Assembly: GCA_002189035.1 (NCBI GenBank)
Contig: NEEC01000042.1
Span: 62,001 to 126,000, forward strand
Source: Utricularia gibba
Taxonomy: Eukaryota; Plantae; Magnoliophyta
Direction: 5' to 3'
Length of the DNA stretch: 64,000 bases
Positions 27,001-39,000 of the stretch are shown piece by piece. The translations under genes were made by a program, and so were the position numbers. Every line of letters begins with the position of its first letter. Positions within the stretch are counted from its first letter, which is position 1. The notes under the pieces are model-generated. The model was not told the origin of the DNA. It made no database searches and saw nothing but the letters and a program-made list of their open reading frames with translations.

Positions 27001-30000
27001 AACAACTTACTTTATACTTGAGGAGGCGGTCTTGGGGTGCACCTGGAACGGGACAAAGGTCAGGTTGGCTTGCCGAAGTTAGTTGTAGCCCGGCAAAGAA
27101 AGTGATGTATTTATTAACGTTCGGTTTTCGGGGTTGCCTACATGGTTTTTCAAGAAAAGCTTCTCGTTTTGTGGCGGCTGCTCTCGCTGGGAACTTGGTC
27201 GGGCCCCGATTCTATATGGCTCATGAGGTCAAAGATGCAAATCGATGAAGACAAGATGCTTTTTTTTTTAAATTACGATATCACGTGCACCCCACATGAT
27301 TTTTTCAACAACTTACTTTATACTTGATCTTGGGGCAAGAGAACGGGACAAAGGTCAGGTTTGGCTTGGCGAAGTAGTTGTAGCCCGGCAAAGAAAGTGA
27401 TGTATTTATTAACGTTCGGTTTTCGGGCTGCCTACATGGTTTTTGAAAGAACATCTTCTCGTTTTGGCGGCCAGTCTCGCTGGGAACTTGGTCCGACCCC
27501 GATTCTGTATGGCTCATGGGGTCAACGGATGCAAATCGATGAAAAAAAATGATGCATTTGTTTAAATTACGATATCACGTGCACCCTCCATGATTTTTTT
27601 AACAACTTACTTTATACTTGAGAGGTGGTCTTGGGGGCAAGAGAACGGAAAAAGGTCAGCTTAGGCTTGGGCCGAAAGTAAGTTGTAGCCCGGCAAAGAA
27701 AGTGATGTATTTATTAACGTTCGTTTTCGGGTTGCCTACATGGTTTTTCAAGGAACAACTTCTCCTTTAGTGGCGGCCAGTCTCAAGGAACTTGGTCCGG
27801 GCCCCTTATTCTTTATGGCTCATGAGGACAAAAGGATGCAAATCGATGAATACAATGATGCATTTGTTAAATTACGATATCACGTGCACCCCACATCATT
27901 TTTTCAACAACTTACTTTATACTTGAGAGGCGGTCTTGGGGTGCACCTAGAACGGGACAAAGGTCAGGTTGGGCTTTGCCAGAGAGTTAGTTGTAGCCCG
28001 GCAAAGAAAGTGATGTATTTATTAACGTTCGGTTTTCGGGTTGCCTACATGGTTTTTCAAGGAAAAGCTTCTCGTTTTGTGGCGGCTGCTCTCGCTGGAA
28101 ACTTGGTCCGGGCCCCCGATTCTATATGGCTCATGAGGTCAAAGATGCAAATCGATGAATACAATGATGCTTTTTTTTTTAATTACGATATCACGTGCAG
28201 CCCACATGATTTTTTCAACAACTTACTTTATACTTGAGGAGGCGGTCTTGGGGTGCACCTGGAACGGGATAAAAGGTCAGGTTGGGCTTTGCCAGAGAGT
28301 TAGTTGTAGCCCGGCAAAGAAAGTGATGTATTTATTAACGTTCGGTTTTCGGGGTTGCCTACATGGTTTTTCAAGGAACAGCTTCTCGTTTTGTGGCGGC
28401 CAGTCTCGCTAGGAACTTGGTCCGGGCCCTGATTCTTTATGGCTCATGAGGACAAAAGGATGCAAATCGATGAATACAATGATGCATTTGTTTAAATTAC
28501 GATATCACGTGCACCCCACATCATTTTTTCAACAACTTACTTTATACTTGAAGAGGCGGTCTTGGGGTGCACCTAGAACGGGACAAAGGTCAGGTTGGGC
28601 TTTGCCAAAGAGTTAGTTGTAGCCCGGCAAAGAAAGTGATGTATTTATTAACGTTCGGTTTTCGGGTTGCCTACATGGTTTTTCAACGAAAAGCTTCTCA
28701 TTTTGTGGCGGCTGCTCTCGCTGGGAACTTGGTCGGGCCCCCGATTCTATATGGCTCATGAGGTCAACCAGATGCAAATCGATGAAGACAAGCATGCTTT
28801 TTTTAAATTACGATATCACGTGCACCCACATGATTTTTTCAACAACTTACTTTATACTTGAGAAGGCGGTCTTGGGGTGCACCAAGAACGGGACAAAGGT
28901 CAGGTTTGGCTTGCGAGAGTTAGTTGTAGCCCGGCAAATAAAGTGATGTATTTATTAACGTTCGGTTTTCGGGGTGCCTACATGGTTTTTGAAAAACTTT
29001 CTCGTTTTTGGCGGCCAGTCTCGCTGGGAACTTGGTCCGACCCCGATGGCTCATGGGTCAAGGATGCAAATCGATGAAAAAAAATGATGCATTTGTTTAA
29101 ATTACGATATCACGTGCACCCCACATCATTTTTTCAACAACTACTTTATACTTGAGGAGGTGGTCTTGGGGGGGGGGAACCGGACAAAGGTGCTTAGGCT
29201 TGGGCCGAAAGTAAGTTGTAGCCCGGCAAAGAAAGTGATGTATTTATTAACGTTCGGTTTTCGAGATTGCCTACATGGTTTTTCAAGGAACAACTTCTCC
29301 TTTAGTGGCGGCCAGTCTCGCTAGGAACTTGGTCCGGGCCCCTGATTCTTTATGGCTCAAGAGGACAAAAGGATGCAAATCGATGAATACAATGATGCAT
29401 TTGTTTAAATTACGATATCACGTGCACCCCACATCATTTTTTCAACAACTTACTTTATACTTGAAGAGGCGGTCTTGGGGTGCACCTAGAACGGGACAAA
29501 GGTCAGGTTGGGCTTTGCCAGAGAGTTAGTTGTAGCCCGGCAAAGAAAGTGATGTATTTATTAACGTTCGGTTTTCGGGGTTGCCTACATGGTTTTTCAA
29601 CGAAAAGCTTCTCGTTTTGTGGCGGCTGCTCTCGCTGGGAACTTGGTCCGGGCCCCGATTCTATATGGCTCATGAGGTCAACCAGATGCAAATCGATGAA
29701 TACAATGATGCATTTGTTTAAATTACGATATCACGTGCACCCTACATCATTTTTTCAACAACTTACTTTATACTTGAGTAGGTGGTCTTGGGGGGCAAGA
29801 GGAACCGGACAAAGGTCAGCTTAGGCTTGGGCGAAAGTAAGTTGTAGCCCGGCAAAGAAAAGTGATGTATGTATTACGTTCGGTTTTCGGGGTGCTTACA
29901 TGGTTTTTCAAGGAACAACTTCTCCTTTAGTGGCGGCCAGTCCGCTAGGAACTTGGTCCGGGCCCCTGATTCTTTATGGCTCATGAGGACAAAAGGATGC

Positions 30001-33000
30001 AAATCGATGAATACAATGATGCATTTGTTTAAATTACGATATCACGTGCACCCACATCATTTTTTCAACAACTTACTTTATACTTGAAGAGGCGGTCTTG
30101 GGGTGCACCTAGAACGGGACAAAGGTCAGGTTGGGCTTTGCCAGAGAGTTAGTGTAGCCCGGCAAAGAAAGTGATGTATTTATTAACGTTCGGTTTTCGG
30201 GGTTGCCTACATGGTTTTTCAACGAAAAGCTTCTCGTTTTGTGGCGGCCGCTCTCGCAGGAACTTGGTCCGGGCCCCCGATGCTATATGGCTCATGAGGT
30301 CAACCAGATGCAAATCGATGAAGACAAGCATGCTTTTTTTTTAATTACGATATCACGTGCAGCCCACATGATTTTTTCAACAACTTACTTTATACTTGAG
30401 GAGGCGGTCTTGGGGTGCACCTGGAACGGGATAAAGGTCAGGTTGGGCTTTGCCGAGAGTTAGTTGTAGCCCGGCAAAGAAAGTGTTGTATTTATTAACG
30501 TTCGGTTTTCGGGGTTGCCTACATGGTTTTTCAAGGAACATCTTCTCGTTTTGTGGCGGCCAGTCTCGCTAGGAACTTGGTCCGGGCCCCGATTCTTTAT
30601 GGCTCATGAGGACAAAAGGATGCAAATCGATGAATACAATGATGCATTTGTTTAAATTACGATATCACGTGCACCCACATCATTTTTTCAACAACTACTT
30701 TATACTTGAGAGGCGGTCTTGGGGTGCACCTAGAACGGGACAAAGGTCAGGTTGGGCTTTGCCGAGAGTTAGTTGTAGCCCGGCAAAGAAAGTGATGTAT
30801 TTATTAACGTTCGGTTTTCGGGTTGCCTACATGGTTTTTCAAGAAAAGCTTCTCGTTTTGTGGCGGGCTCTCGCAGGGAACTTGGTCCGGGCCCCCGATG
30901 CTATATGGCTCATGAGGTCAACCAGATGCAAATCGATGAACAAGCATGCTTTTTTTTTAATTACGATATCACGTGCAGCCCACATGATTTTTTCAACAAC
31001 TTACTTTATACTTGAGGAGGCGGTCTTGGGGTGCACCTGGAACGGGACAAAGGTCAGGTTGGGCTTTGCCAGAGAGTTAGTTGTAGCCCGGCAAAGAAAG
31101 TGATGTATTTATTAACGTTCGGTTTTCGGGTTGCCTACATGGTTTCAAGAAAAGCTTCTCGTTTTGTGGCGGCTGCTCTCGCTGGAACTTGGTCCGGGCC
31201 CCCGATCCTATATGGCTCATGAGGTCAACCAGATGCAAATCGATGAAGACAAGATGCTTTTTTTAAATTACGATATCACGTGCACCCACATGATTTTTTC
31301 AACAACTTACTTTATACTTGAGAAGGCGGTCTTGGGTGCACCAAGAACGGGACAAAGGTCAGGTTTGGCTTGCCCGAGAGTTAGTTGTAGCCCGGCAAAG
31401 AAAGTGATGTATTTATTAACGTTCGGTTTTCGGGCTGCCTACATGGTTTTTCAAAGAACATCTTCTCGTTTTTGGGCGGCCAGTCTCGCTGGGAACTTGG
31501 TCCGACCCGGTTCTGTATGGCTCATGGGGTCAACGGATGCAAATCGATGAAAAAAAATGATGCATTTGTTTAAATTACGATATCACGTGCACCCCACATA
31601 TTTTTTCAACAACGTACTTATACTTGAGGAGGTGGTCTTGGGGGGGAGGGGAACCGGACAAAGGTCATAGGCTTGGCCGAAAGTAAGTTGTAGCCCGGCA
31701 AAGAAAGTGATATTTATTAACGTTCGGTTTTCGGGTTGCTACATGGTTTTTCAAGGAACAACTTCTCCTTTAGTGGCGGCCAGTCTCGCTAGGAACTTGG
31801 TCCGGGCCCCTGATTCTTTATGGCTCAAGAGGACAAAAGGATGCAAATCGATGAATACAATGATGCATTTGTTTAAATTACGATATCACGTGCACCCACA
31901 TCATTTTTTCAACAACTTACTTTATACTTGAAGAGGCGGTCTTGGGGTGCACCTAGAACGGGACAAAGGTCAGGTTGGGCTTTGCCAGAGAGTTAGTTGT
32001 AGCCCGGCAAAGAAAGTGATGTATTTATTAACGTTCGGTTTTCGGGGTTGCCTACATGGTTTTTCAACGAAAAGCTTCTCGTTTTGTGGCGGCCTCTCGC
32101 TGGGAACTTGGTCCGGGCCCCGATTCTATATGGCTCATGAGGTCAACCAGATGCAAATCGATGAATACAATGATGCATTTGTTTAAATTACGATATCACG
32201 TGCACCCTACATCATTTTTTCAACAACTTACTTTATACTTGAGGAGGTGGTCTTGGGGGGCAAGAGGAACCGGACAAAGGTCAGCTTAGGCTTGGGCCGA
32301 AAGTAAGTTGTAGCCCGGCAAAGAAAAGTGATGTATTATTAACGTTCGGTTTTCGGGGTGCCTACATGGTTTTTCAAGGAACAACTTCTCCTTTAGTGGC
32401 GGCCAGTCTCGCTAGGAACTTGGTCCGGGCCCCTGATTCTTTATGGCTCATGAGGACAAAAGGATGCAAATCGATGAATACAATGATGCATTTGTTTAAA
32501 TTACGATATCACGTGCACCCCACATCATTTTTTCAACAACTTACTTTATACTTGAGAGGCGGTCTTGGGGTGCACCTAGAACGGGACAAAGGTCAGGTTG
32601 GGCTTTGCCAGAGAGTTAGTTGTAGCCCGGCAAAGAAAGTGATGTATTTATTAACGTTCGGTTTTCGGGGTTGCCTACATGGTTTTTCAACGAAAAGCTT
32701 CTCGTTTTGTGGCGGCCGCTCTCGCAGGGAACTTGGTCCGGGCCCCCTATATGGCTCATGAGGTCAACCAGATGCAAATCGATGAAGACAAGCATGCTTT
32801 TTTTTTTTAATTACGATATCACGTGCACCCACATGATTTTTTCAACAACTTACTTTATACTTGAGGAGGCGGTCTTGGGGGCACCTGGAACGGGACAAAG
32901 GTCAGGTTGGGCTTGCCGAAGTTAGTTGTAGCCCGGCAAAGAAAGTGATGTATTTATTAACGTTCGGTTTTCGGGGTTGCCTACATGGTTTTTCAAGGAA

Positions 33001-36000
33001 CAGCTTCTCGTTTTGTGGCGGCCAGTCTCGCTAGGAACTTGGTCCGGGCCCCCGATTCTTTATGGCTCATGAGGACAAAGGATGCAAATCGATGAATACA
33101 ATGATGCATTTGTTTAAATTACGATATCACGTGCACCCACATCATTTTTTCAACAACTACTTTATACTTGAAGAGGCGGTCTTGGGGTGCACCTAGAACG
33201 GGACAAAGGTCAGGTTGGCTTTGCCAGAGAGTTAGTTAGCCCGGCAAAGAAAGTGATGTATTTATTAACGTTCGGTTTTCGGGTTGCCTACATGGTTTTT
33301 CAAGAAAAGCTTCTCGTTTTGTGGCGGCCGTCTCGCAGGGAACTTGGTCCGGGCCCCGATGCTATATGGCTCATGAGGTCAACCAGATGCAAATCGATGA
33401 AGACAAGCATGCTTTTTTTTTAATTACGATATCACGTGCACCCACATGATTTTTTCAACAACTTACTTTATACTTGAGGAGGCGGTCTTGGGTGCACCTG
33501 GAACGGGATAAAGGTCAGGTTGGGCTTTGCCAGAGAGTTAGTTGTAGCCCGGCAAAAAAGTGATGTATTTATTAACGTTCGGTTTTCGGGGTTGCCTACA
33601 TGGTTTTTCAAGAAAAGCTTCTCGTTTTGTGGCGGCCGCTCTCGCAGGGAACTTGGTCCGGGCCCCCGATGCTATATGGCTCATGAGGTCAACCAGATGC
33701 AAATCGATGAAGACAAGATGCTTTTTTTTTAATTACGATATCACGTGCACCCACATCATTTTTTCAACAACTTACTTTATACTTGAGGAGGCGGTCTTGG
33801 GGTGCACCTGGAACGGGACAAAGGTCAGGTTGGGCTTTGCCAGAGAGTTAGTTGTAGCCCGGCAAAGAAAGTGATGTATTTATTAACGTTCGGTTTTCGG
33901 GGTTGCCTACATGGTTTTTCAAGGAAAAGCTTCTCGTTTTGTGGCGGCCTCTCGCTGGAACTTGGTCCGGGCCCCCGATTCTATATGGCTCATGAGGTCA
34001 ACCAGATGCAAATCGATGAAGACAAGCATGCTTTTTTTTAAATTACGATATCACGTGCACCCCACATGATTTTTTCAACAACTTACTTTATACTTGAGGA
34101 GGCGGTCTTGGGGTGCACCAAGAACGGGACAAAGGTCAGGTTGGCTTGCCCGAGAGTTAGTTGTAGCCCGGCAAATAAAGTGATGTATTTATTAACGTTC
34201 GGTTTTCGGGCTGCCTAAATGGTTTTTCAAAGAACATCTTCTCGTTTTTGGCGGCCAGTCTCGCTGGGAACTTGGTCCGACCCCGTTCTTATGGCTCATG
34301 AGGTCAACGGATGCAAATCGATGAAAAAATGATGCATTTGTTTAAATTACGATATCACGTGCACCCCACATCATTTTTTCAACAACTTACTTATACTTGA
34401 GGAGGTGGTCTTGGGGGCAGGGGAACCGGACAAAGGTCATTAGGCTTGGGCCGAAAGTAAGTTGTAGCCCGGCAAAGAAAGTGATGTATTTATTAACGTT
34501 CGGTTTTCGGGTTGCCTACATGGTTTTTCAAGGAACAACTTCTCCTTTAGTGGCGGCCAGTCTCGCTAGGAACTTGGTCCGGGCCCTGATTCTTTATGGC
34601 TCATGAGGACAAAAGGATGCAAATCGATGAATACAATGATGCATTTGTTTAAATTACGATATCACGTGCACCCCACATCATTTTTTCAACAACTTACTTT
34701 ATACTTGAAGAGGCGGTCTTGGGGTGCACCTAGAACGGGACAAAGGTCAGGTTGGGCTTTGCCAGAGAGTTAGTTGTAGCCCGGCAAAGAAAGTGATGTA
34801 TTTATTAACGTTCGGTTTTCGGGGTTGCCTACATGGTTTTTCAACGAAAAGCTTCTCGTTTTGTGGCGGCTGCTCTCGCTGGGAACTTGGTCCGGGCCCT
34901 TGATTCTATATGGCTCATGAGGTCAACCAGATGCAAATCGATGAATATAATGATGCATTTGTTTAAATTACGATATCACGTGCACCCTACATCATTTTTT
35001 CAACAACTTACTTTATACTTGAGGAGGTGGTCTTGGGGGGCAAGAGGAACGGACAAAGGTCAGCTTAGGCTTGGGCTGAAAGTAAGTTGTAGCCCGGCAA
35101 AGAAAAGTGATGTATTATTAACGTTCGGTTTTCGGGGTGCTTACATGGTTTTTCAAGGAACAACTTCTCCTTTAGTGGCGGCCAGTCTCGCTAGGAACTT
35201 GGTCCGGGCCCCTGATTCTTTATGGCTCATGAGGACAAAAGGATGCAAATCGATGAATACAATGATGCATTTGTTTAAATTACGATATCACGTGCACCCC
35301 ACATCATTTTTTCAACAACTTACTTTATACTTGAAGAGGCGGTCTTGGGGTGCACCTAGAACGGGACAAAGGTCAGGTTGGGCTTTGCCAGAGAGTTAGT
35401 TGTAGCCCGGCAAAGAAAGTGATGTATTTATTAACGTTCGGTTTTCGGGTTGCCTACATGGTTTTTCAAGAAAAGCTTCTCGTTTTGTGGCGGCCGCTCT
35501 CGCAGGGAACTTGGTCCGGGCCCCGATCTATATGGCTCATGAGGTCAACCAGATGCAAATCGATGAAGACAAGCATGCTTTTTTTTTTAATTACGATATC
35601 ACGTGCAGCCCACATGATTTTTTCAACAACTTACTTTATACTTGAGGAGGCGGTCTTGGGGTGCACCTGGAACGGGATAAAGGTCAGGTTGGGCTTTGCC
35701 AGAGAGTTAGTTGTAGCCCGGCAAAGAAAGTGTGTATTTATTAACGTTCGGTTTTCGGGGTTGCCGACATGGTTTTTCAAGGAACAGCTTCTCGTTTTGT
35801 GGCGGCCAGTCTCGCTAGGAACTTGGTCCGGGCCCGCGATTCTTTATGGCTCATGAGGACAAAAGGATGCAAATCGATGAATACAATGATGCATTTGTTT
35901 AAATTACGATATCACGTGCACCCCACATCATTTTTTCAACAACGTACTTTATACTTGAAGAGGCGGTCTTGGGGTGCACCTAGAACGGGACAAAGGTCAG

Positions 36001-39000
36001 GTTGGGCTTTGCCAGAGAGTTAGTTGTAGCCCGGCAAAGAAAGTGATGTATTTATTAACGTTCGGTTTTCGGGGTTGCCTACATGGTTTTTCAACGAAAA
36101 GCTTCTCGTTTTGTGGCGGCCGCTCTCGCAGGGAACTTGGTCCGGGCCCCCGATGCTATATGGCTCATGAGGTCAACCAGATGCAAATCGATGAAGACAA
36201 GCATGCTTTTTTTTTTAATTACGATATCACGTGCAGCCCACATGATTTTTTCAACAACTTACTTTATACTTGAGGAGGCGGTCTTGGGTGCACCTGGAAC
36301 GGGATAAAGGTCAGGTTGGGCTTTGCCAGAGAGTTAGTTGTAGCCCGGCAAAGAAAGTGTTGTATTTATTAACGTTCGGTTTTCGGGGTTGCCTACATGG
36401 TTTTTCAACGAAAAGCTTCTCGTTTTGTGGCGGCCGCTCTCGCAGGAACTTGGTCCGGGCCCCCGATTCTATATGGCTCATGAGGTCAACCAGATGCAAA
36501 TCGATGAAGACAAGATGCATTTTTTTTTAATTACGATATCACGTGCACCCCACATCATTTTTTCAACAACTACTTTATACTTGAAGAGGCGGTCTTGGGG
36601 TGCACCTAGAACGGGACAAAGGTCAGGTTGGGCTTTGCCAGAGAGTTAGTTGTAGCCCGGCAAAGAAAGTGATGTATTTATTAACGTTCGGTTTTCGGGG
36701 TTGCCTACATGGTTTTTCAACGAAAAGCTTCTCGTTTTGTGGCGGCTGCTCTCGCTGGGAACTTGGTTCGGGCCCCCGATTCTATATGGCTCATGAGGTC
36801 AACCAGATGCAAATCGATGAAGACAAGATGCTTTTTTTTTAAATTACGATATCACGTGCACCCCACATGATTTTTTCAACAACTTACTTTATACTTGAGA
36901 AGGCGGTCTTGGGGTGCACCAAGAACGGGACAAAGGTCAGGTTTGGCTTGCACCGAGAGTTAGTTGTAGCCCGGCAAATAAAGTGATGTATTTATTAACG
37001 TTCGGTTTTCGGTGCCTAAATGCTTTTTGAAAGAACATCTTCTCGTTTTTTGGCGGCCAGTCTCGCTGGGAACTTGGTCCGACCCCGGTTCTGTATGCTC
37101 ATGGGGTCAATCGGATGTAAATCGATGAAAAAAAATGATGCATTTGTTTAAATTACGATATCACGTGCACCCCACATCATTTTTTCAACAACGTACTTAT
37201 ACTTGAGGAGGTGGTCTTGGGGGGAGGGGAACCGGACAAAGGTTTGCATAGGCTTGGGCCGAAAGTAAGTTGTAGCCCGGCAAAGAAAGTGAAGTATTTA
37301 TTAACGTTCGGTTTTCGAGATTGCCTACATGGTTTTTCAAGGAACAACTTCTCCTTTAGTGGCGGCCAGTCTCGCTAGGAACTTGGTCCGGGCCCCTGAT
37401 TCTTTACGGCTCAAGAGGACAAAAGGATGCAAATCGATAAATACAATGATGCATTTGATTAAATTACGATATCACGTGCACCCCACATCATTTTTTCAAC
37501 AACTTACTTTATACTTGAAGAGGCGGTCTTGGGGTGCACCTAGAACGGGACAAAGGTCAGGTTGGGCTTTGCCAGAGAGTTAGTTGTAGCCCGGCAAAGA
37601 AAGTGATGTATTTATTAACGTTCGGTTTTCGGGGTTGCCTACATGGTTTTTCAACGAAAAGCTTCTCGTTTTGTGGCGGCTGCTCTCGCTGGGAACTTGG
37701 TCCGGGCCCTTGATTCTATATGGCTCATGAGGTCAACCAGATGCAAATCGATGAATATAATGATGCATTTGTTTAAATTACGATATCACGTGCACCCACA
37801 TCATTTTTTCAACAACTTACTTTATACTTGAGTAGGTGGTCTTGGGGGCAAGAGGAACCGGACAAAGGTCAGCTTAGGCTTGGGCTGAAAGTAAGTTGTA
37901 GCCCGGCAAAGAAAGTGATGTATTATTACGTTCGGTTTTCGGGGTGCTTACATGGTTTTTCAAGGAACAACTTCTCGTTTTGTGGCGGCCAGTCTCGCTA
38001 GGAACTTGGTCCGGGCCCGCGATTCTTTATGGCTCATGAGGACAAAAGGATGCAAATCGATGAATACAATGATGCATTTGTTTAAATTACGATATCACGT
38101 GCACCCCACATCATTTTTTCAACAACGTACTTTATACTTGAAGAGGCGGTCTTGGGGTGCACCTAGAACGGGACAAAGGTCAGGTTGGGCTTTGCCAGAG
38201 AGTTAGATGTAGCCCGGCAAAGAAAGTGATGTATTTATTAACGTTCGGTTTTCGGGGTTGCCTACATGGTTTTTCAACGAAAAGCTTCTCGTTTTGTGGC
38301 GGCCGCTCTCGCAGGGAACTTGGTCCGGGCCCCCGATGCTATATGGCTCATGAGGTCAACCAGATGCAAATCGATGAAGACAAGCATGCTTTTTTTTAAT
38401 TACGATATCACGTGCAGCCCACATGATTTTTTCAACAACTTACTTTATACTTGAGGAGGCGGTCTTGGGGTGCACCTGGAACGGGATAAAGGTCAGGTTG
38501 GGCTTTGCCAGAGAGTTAGTTGTAGCCCGGCAAAGAAAGTGATGTATTTATTAACGTTCGGTTTTCGGGGTTGCCTACATGGTTTTTCAACGAAAGCTTC
38601 TCGTTTTGTGGCGGCTGCTCTCGCTGGGAACTTGGTTCGGGCCCCGATTCTATATGGCTCATGAGGTCAACCAGATGCAAATCGATGAAGACAATGCTTT
38701 TTTTTAAATTACGATATCACGTGCACCCCACATGATTTTTTCAACAACTTACTTTATACTTGAGAAGGCGGTCTTGGGGTGCACCAAGAACGGGACAAAG
38801 GTCAGGTTTGGCTTGCACCGAGAGTTAGTTGTAGCCCGGCAAATAAAGTGATGTATTTATTAACGTTCGGTTTTTGGAAGCTGCCTAAATGCTTTTTGAA
38901 AGAACATCTTCTCGTTTTTTGGCGGCCAGTCTCGCTGGGAACTTGGTCCTTGACCCGTTCTGTATCGCTCATGGGGTCAATCAGATGTAAATCGATGAAA

